Shown here piece after piece: positions 57,101 to 64,000 of a stretch of DNA of 64,000 nt. Under the pieces are notes generated by a model that saw nothing but the letters and a program-made list of their open reading frames with translations, was not told the origin of the DNA and ran no database searches. Position numbers and translations under genes: made by a program. Source of the DNA: the human T2T-CHM13v2.0 reference genome, Homo sapiens. The stretch is from the NCBI RefSeq assembly GCF_009914755.1, contig NC_060947.1. The stretch is one strand, 5' to 3'. Each line of letters starts with the position of its first letter. Position 1 is the first letter of the stretch.

Positions 57101-60100
57101 GTAGAATTCAGCAGTGAACGTATCAGGTCCTGGTCTTTTATTTGATGGAAGGTGCTTCATTACTGGCCCAATCACCTTACTTAATGTTAATCAGTATTAG
57201 TTCAGATTTTTAATTTATTTATAATTAAACTATGGTAGGTTTTATACATCCAAAAATTTATCCATTTCTTTTGGGTTATATAGTCTGTTGGCTTATAATT
57301 ATTTATAATAGTGTCTATAATCCTTTGTGTGTCTATTGTGTCATTTGTAATGTCTACCTTTTATCTCTGATTTTGTTTATTTAAACCTTGTCTCTCTCTT
57401 ATTTAGTTTAGTTAATGGTTTGTCAATTTTATCTTTCCAAAAGAAAAAAAAAACCCTCTTTGTTTTGTTGAGCCTTTGTAGTGGCTTTTGTCTCTATTTC
57501 ATTTATTTTTTATTTGATCCTTATCATTTAATTTTCTCTAATTTTCTGTTTAGTTTATTCTTGTTTGCTGAATTGCAATGCTATGTTGTATATATGAGAT
57601 CATCTTTTTTCATGGAGTTGTTTGTTGCTATAAAGCTCCCTCTAAAATCTACCTTTCCTATATCTCATAGGTTTTGGTATGTTGTATTATCATTTTCATT
57701 TGTTTCAAGAAATTTTAAATTTTTCTTTTAATTTTTATATTGTCTCATTTGTCATTCAGGTTCAGGTTGCTTAATTTTTACGTATTTGTAAAATTTCCAA
57801 AATTGCCTGTGTTATTAGTTTCTAGCTTTATACCATTGTGGTCTGATAATCTCAGTCTTCTTAAATTTGTTAAGACTTGTTTTGTGATCAAATATGCAGT
57901 CTATCCTAGGGAATGTTCTATGTGCAGTTGATACAAATGTGTTGTCAGATGGTGTGTTCAGTAAGTGTCTGTTAGGTCTATTTGTCCTAGGGTGAAGTTT
58001 AAATTCAATGTTTCTTTGTTAATTTTTCTGTCTGAATTATCTGTCAGTTGCTCAAAGTGAGGTATCAAAGTCTCCTACTATTATTGTATTGCAGTCTATG
58101 TCTTTCTATAGAACTTTTGATATTTCCTTTATATATTTAGAGTTAATGTTGTGTGTGTATATGTTTACAATTGTTATATCTTCTTGCTGAAATGGCTCAT
58201 TTATTATTATGTAATGACATTTTTATTAATTTTTAAAGTTTTTGACTTAAAGTCTATTTTATCTTATATAAGTACAGCTACTCCTGCTCTCTTTTTGATT
58301 TCCACTTTCATGGGAAGTTTCTTTCCATCCCATCACTTTCAGTCTATGTGTGTCATTAGAGGTGAAGTGAAACAGCATAAAGTTGTTTTTTTTTTTCCAT
58401 TCAGCCACTCTGTATTTTAATTGGTGAATTTAATCCACTTACCTACAAGGTAATTACTGATAGGTAAAGACTTGCTACTGCCATTCTAACTGTTTTCCAG
58501 TTGTTTTATAGATTCCTTCTTTGTTTCTTTATTTCTTGGTTACTTTCTTTCTTTTTCTCTTTCTCTCTCTTTCTTTCTGTCTTCTTCCTTATTGTCTTCC
58601 TTTGTGGTTACATAACTTTCTATAGTAGTTCATTTTGCTTGCTAGCATTTTTTCATTTTTAATGTATCTGTTAAAGGTTTTTGCTTTGTGGTTACCATGA
58701 GGCTTATAAAAACATCTTAAAGTTATAACGAAGTGTAAGTTGATAAAAACTTAACTTTGATCACCAAAACAGCTCTACACTTTAATCCCATACTTCCTCA
58801 AACATTTTTAATTTTTGTTATCACAATGTATAACTTTTTATAATTTATATCTGTTAACAGATTATTATGGTTATTATTTTACTAGTTTTGACTTTTAATA
58901 TTTACACTGAAAATATGATTAATTTACATACCATTATTACAGTATTAGCATATTCTGAATTTGAATGTGTACTTACTTTTATAAGTTAGTATTATACTTT
59001 CGGATGTTTTTGTATTACTTACTATCATCATTTCCTTTCAGCTTAAATAACTCCCTTTAGCATGTTTTTCATGATACGTATGGTGGTAGTGAACTTTCAG
59101 CTTTTGCTTGTCTGGGAAAGTTTTTTATCTCCATTTCTGAAGGACAACTTTGCTGGGTACAGTAATCATGATTGGTAGTTTTCTTTTTCTTTCTTTTTCT
59201 ATTCAGTTGTTTGAATATATCACTCTACTATTTCCTAGCCTGTAAGGTTTCTGCTGAGAAGTCAGCTGTTAGGTATATTGGGACTTCCTTATATATGATT
59301 TGTTTCTTTCCTCTTGATGCTTTCAAAATTCTCTCTTTGTTTTTGATTGTTGAGAGTTCAATTATGTCTTTGGGTTGTATTATGTGTATTGAATCTTATT
59401 GGTGACCTTTGACTTTCCTGTACCTGGATATTTATATCTTTCTCCACATTTGGAAAGTTTTCTGCTATTATTTCTTTAAATAAGCTTTTTACCTCTTTCT
59501 CTTACTCTACTTCTTCTTAGACACCAATGACTCATATACTTGCTCTTTTGATATAGTTCTATAAAACTCATTAGCTTTTTTCATACATTCTTATTATTTA
59601 AAAAATTTCTCCTCTGATGGTCAAATTTAAAATAATCTATCTTCCTTTGAGTTTTTGTACTTTTTAATTTAATTGATCATTTCTGCTGTTGCTACTTTTC
59701 ATTGCATATTTTATGAATTGTATTTTAAAATAATTTTAATATTTCTCACACATTTCTGATTTTTTTTATTTTATTGAACTTAACTAAGCTTTTTAAAGAC
59801 AGGTGTTTTGAATTCTTTATCAGACAATTTATGCATCTTCATTTCTTTGGAATTAGTCACTGACACCTTATTTTGTCTGCTTGGTGGCGTCATATTCTTC
59901 CAGTTGTTCTTGATTCTTGTGGTCATGAATCAATGTCTGCACATTGAAGAGGTAGGTACTATTTCACTCTTTGTAGTCAGGCTTTTTTTGGGGAATGCCC
60001 TTCAACTGTAAGCTTGTACAAATATTTTGGACAGCACTTCTGGTGTAATCTCTAAGCCCATGGTAACTTCAGCTGTCTCAGGGCTAAGGTTGCTCTAAGC

Positions 60101-60651
60101 TCAGGACCCATGTGGTCAGTGAATCTCATGCTATAATTGCTGTTGGCTAGTTTCTCTGGTGTGGCATCTTTGTTGGCCAGAATGCATAGTAGCCACCATG
60201 ATCTGTGTACTGGTAAATGTGAACTCTATCCCTATTCTTTGTTTCTAACTGACTCTAGGTGGTCTAGCTTTCATGGTACTCTCACTGTTCCCTGCAGGAA
60301 AAGATAGGAATGAACATCCTGCTTGAGGTTCCAGAATGGTTAGCAAGTTGCATATCTGCTTTCAATTCACTTTGTTTTTAAACTATATGAACCATGTGTA
60401 GAGAGGAATTCTCTGTGTGTTTCTCTGTGCCAACATGAAGAAGAAACAGCATGGTCAAATAGAACAGTTTTTCTTAAAGTTTCATCACAGCTTTTCTCAG
60501 TTCTATAGTCCATGTGGAAAGTTTTAGCATCTCTTCTGAGTTCTGGGATATTTTAGATAATATTCTTGCCTGTGTATAGATACTTGTTAGATTTCTATGG
60601 GACACTTGAAGCTAGGGGTCTCCTATTTCACCATTTTATTGATGTAACTCC
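54121..60651 (-). mobile_element. Near-full-length old L1MA element
   Basis: Antisense 3'UTR, ORF2 relic PGPDTFTAEFYQTVKEIIPILLKLLQK, ORF1 region, 5' terminus ctcctatttcaccattttattgatgtaactcc. Confidence 0.9.
54258..54619 (-). mobile_element. Solo THE1C LTR
   Basis: tgtactagtccgttctcacactgctat...ggggacacagccaaactgtatca; perfect 5-bp TSD gtgat (54253-54257, 54620-54624). Confidence 0.93.
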
Positions 60652-60654
60652 TCA

Positions 60655-62216
60655 CAAATATTAAATCTTAAGGCTACAGAACAATATTCCTCCAGTCAAA
60701 GTTTCATCCTCTGGAAACACAGGCGGAGAGGTTTGGTTCCTAAGGCTCCAGGGAGATTCACCTCCATGGCTTTACTGGGCACAGCTCATGCTGCAGCTTC
60801 TATACATTAGAGTATCATGCTTGTTGTCCTTCCAAGCTAGAGTCACATGCCTATGGCTCTACCAGTTTTGTTCCATGGGGTTGGCCCCATGCTCCACTAG
60901 GCATCACCCTACTCTGGATGCTCTGCAGTTGCCCTTTTCCCACAGCTCCACTAAGCATTGTCCTAGTTGGGGTTCTCTGTGGTGAATCTGCCCAGATGCT
61001 CTGCTAGGCATTGCCCAAGTTTGCAATCTCTACAGTGACTTCACATGTGTGACATTTCTCTGCCTGGTTTTCAAAGCTCTCTGCGGCATCTCTTAAAATC
61101 TACATAGAGGTAGCCATATACTAACAAGTCCTGAAATTGGTATACCCACCGAGATAGTACTGCTTAGGCACTATAATTGTATACTGCCTGTGCCTCCCAG
61201 ACAGGTGTCCCAAGCCACGTCTGTGCCCACTGGAGCAACAGCTCAGGTAGCCAAAGAGCACTGCACTGGAATGCAGGAAGCAGAGACTTGTAATTGTTTT
61301 GTTTTCAGGCCCCTGGATTTCTCAACCTGTGATTGGCAGGGCAGCCCCCAATGATCTCTGAAATGCTTTCAGGGCCATTGTTTCATTATTTTGGTGGCTA
61401 GAACTTTGCTTCTGGCAATTTATACTAGTCTTCTTATTTAATGCAAATGATCACTTGTACATACCCTTGATGTTCTCTCCTGAACATCTTCTGTTTTTTT
61501 TTTATTTTTTTATTTTTTATTCCCTTTACAATATGTCCAGTCTGAGAATTATGCAAATCTTTAAGTTCTGCTTCCCTTTTGATTAAAAATCCCATTTCTA
61601 ATTTGCTACTCTCCTTCTGCATTTTACTGTAAGCAGAACAGATAAATTATTTGCCACATATTGTCTTAGAGTTTCATCCATAACTAAGACAACAATCCCC
61701 ATTTTAATGTCCTGTAACCACAGCATGCCATGTAAAATCCATACTGGCACTGTCTACCTCTTTAATAGTATCTCTTAATATATATACCCTCAACACTTTA
61801 CCTAGATATTTCTTTCATCAAATATTTTATTTCAATTCTCAGAAGTTCTACTTCCCATAAAGCACTAGGACACAAATAATTCAGTTAAGTTCTTTGTCAC
61901 TGTATAAAAAAGATCACCTTTCCTCAAGTTTTTAATAGCATGTTTTACATTTCTGCTGAGGCCTCATCAGAACAGAATTTGCCATTCACATTCCTACCAA
62001 CATTTTGTTCACAACCGCCTAGATAATTTCTAAGAAAATTGAAACTTTCTCTTCAGTGCTTCTCCTCTGAGCTCTCATGAACATCACCCTTAAGACTATT
62101 TTTATGGCCATATGCCTCAAAATTCTTCCAGCTTCTACTCATTACTCAGTTCCAAAGTCACTTCCACATTTACAGGTATTTGTTATAGCAACACCTCATT
62201 TCTTGATACCAATTTC
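60655..62216 (-). mobile_element. MaLR internal region (MLT1A/MST-int), truncated
   Basis: Similar to the MSTA internal at 27142-28729 (ttaaatcttaaggctac, ccaaagtcacttccacatt, gataccaatttc next to the LTR). Confidence 0.8.
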
Positions 62217-62760
62217 TGTAAAGCTAATTTGGGCTGTATAACAAAATACCTTAGACTGTGTGATTTATAAACAGTAGAAATTTATTGCTCACATTTCTGG
62301 AGGCTGAAAATTTAAGATCAAATCACCAGCAGACTTGGTCTGATGAGGGTCTGTTCCTCATAGATGGTGCCTTCTGACGGGATAGTCAGACGAATGAACA
62401 AAAAAGGAATATTTTCCCAGCCTCTTTTTTTTTTTCATTTTATTTTTTTATTTTTTTTTATTTTTTATTTTTTTACTTTTCTTTTTTTTTTATTATACTT
62501 TAAGTTTTAGGGTACATGTGCACATTGTGCAGGTTAGTTACATATGTATACATGTGCCATGCTGGTGCGCTGCACCCACTAACTCGTCATCTAGCATTAG
62601 GTATCCCAGCCTCTTTTAAAAAGGCTCTGATCCTGTTTGTGAGGACTCTACCCTTATGTCCTAATCACATTTCAAAAGCCCTATCTCCTAATATCATCAC
62701 CTTGTGGATTAAGTTTTACGATAATAGTTTTGGGGATACAGCAACATTTATACTGCTGCA
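62217..62760 (-). mobile_element. MLT1A-like LTR interrupted by a short young L1
   Basis: gggctgtataacaaaataccttagactgtgtgatttataaacagtagaaatttattgctcac...ctcctaatatcatcaccttg. Confidence 0.85.
62429..62603 (-). mobile_element. Very short L1PA2-4 3' end (about 113 bp plus patterned tail)
   Basis: tattatactttaagttttagggtacatgtgcac...ctaactcgtcatctagcattaggta; perfect 14-bp TSD tcccagcctctttt (62415-62428, 62604-62617). Confidence 0.96.
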
Positions 62761-63099
62761 CATGCATTTGGTTATAATGAATTCAAATTCCAACTATTAT
62801 TCCCTAACTTCCATGGATGATGTTAGTCAATTCTTTTGCTCTCTGATTTCTCATGCATGAGTCATACACCCGTTGAATGTGCCCTTTAAGTTCCAGAAGA
62901 CTGACAATGAGCTCTCTAAGCTGTCCTCTTGAAATCCTTTTCACTGGTCTTGTGGTAAGAAAAAAATAGCTCCTTTAACCCTTTTCCATAGGCAGTGATG
63001 CACCTCATTACTTCTAATTTCTGTCTTTCTCAATGTTCCACTTTAAATTACTTTTACACTTAAGAGTTGGCTATCAATGAAGGGTTGAAAATCCAATTT

Positions 63100-63775
63100 C
63101 TGACCACCTTTTTTGTAAGTTGAGCTTAGCTCACTGAGCTACTTGCTTGAAAATTTAGGTAGGTTTTCTGTCACTTATTGCCTTAGAGCCTCATCCATAA
63201 CTAAAACAGCAATGCCCACTTTAATGTCCCTAAGCGCAGGCTGTCATGTAAGATGCATACTGGCACTGTGTACATTTTTAACCTTATCTCTTAACATACT
63301 CTCACTGCTACATTTTTTTTACATCCACAATTATCTAAGGCCATTTTTGGACATGCTGTGTTCTCTCATGCCTCTGTGAATTTTAATATGCTGTTTTCTC
63401 TGCTTAGATTATTAGTTTCCTCTTCTCCTCCCTTAGCTCATCCTTCCCACGACTCCTAAAACTATTTGATCATATCTATTTTTTTTTCTTCAAGTCTCCT
63501 TTCAGATATTAATTTTCATAGTATACCTTTTTTACAACACCCGGAATGACTTAATCATTTGGGAACTATGCTTTCACAATAATCTTTTTTACTTTATTTG
63601 GTTCTTAATAATTTGATTTGCAATTATTGGTTTACTTATGGGATCTACCTCACAATTTTGCAGGTTCCTGAAGGGTAGAAAGAGAGCATTTAATACTGAA
63701 TTTCTAGAGTGTAACAGAGTTCATAAAATATAGCAAATGCTTACACTACATTACTTCATTAAATGACTGAATAAG
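63100..63775 (+). mobile_element. L2 3' end, degraded
   Basis: gcctctgtgaatttt...gctgttttctctgcttag, gttcctgaagggtagaaa, terminal aaatgactgaat. Confidence 0.6.
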
Positions 63776-64000
63776 CCAGAGTAAATATAAATGTGAGTGT
63801 AAATAAATATATGTATAAGGAATATAAGGATTAATAATTCAATATTCTGAACTAGAGTGCTGATGAAAAATAAGGAAAGGCATTCAGCTGTGTGGTCTCG
63901 GCAATTCACTTTTGCACTGTCTTTATCTTTCTGAAATAAGCATTTTAAAATACATTACTGGCTTTCAAGTATTTCTTGCTCTGAAAATTTTACTAAAATT

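Overview
AT-rich, repeat-dense primate (most likely human or great ape) genomic DNA with no supportable host protein-coding gene. The longer listed ORFs are decayed LINE-1 or endogenous-retrovirus frames, or chance frames in repeats. Contents in order: an old L1MA element (1-5440); a 5'-inverted L1PA with TSD (5761-7726); an MLT1 LTR hit by a short L1 with a (GAAA)n tail; a solo LTR15; a minus-strand HERV-S/HERVL18 provirus (LTR18-like LTR, Ser PBS, gag-pro-pol) whose RT is split by a complete 7 kb MER61 provirus and whose env start is inverted and truncated; an L1MA carrying a complete MSTA; a full-length L1PA7-like element (38122-47061) hosting a younger L1 insertion that combines a 5' inversion, a large internal deletion and a 3' transduction (43299-46283); then Tigger3, LTR1, THE1C, a further L1MA, MLT1A and L2. 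The most notable structures are the nested L1 transduction, the HERV-S inversion breakpoint, a possible degenerate dUTPase downstream of HERV-S integrase, and env TM relics inside the MER61 internal region. I see no evidence of a new multi-gene system. Subfamily names come from recalled consensus sequences, not a database search, and boundaries without TSD support are approximate.
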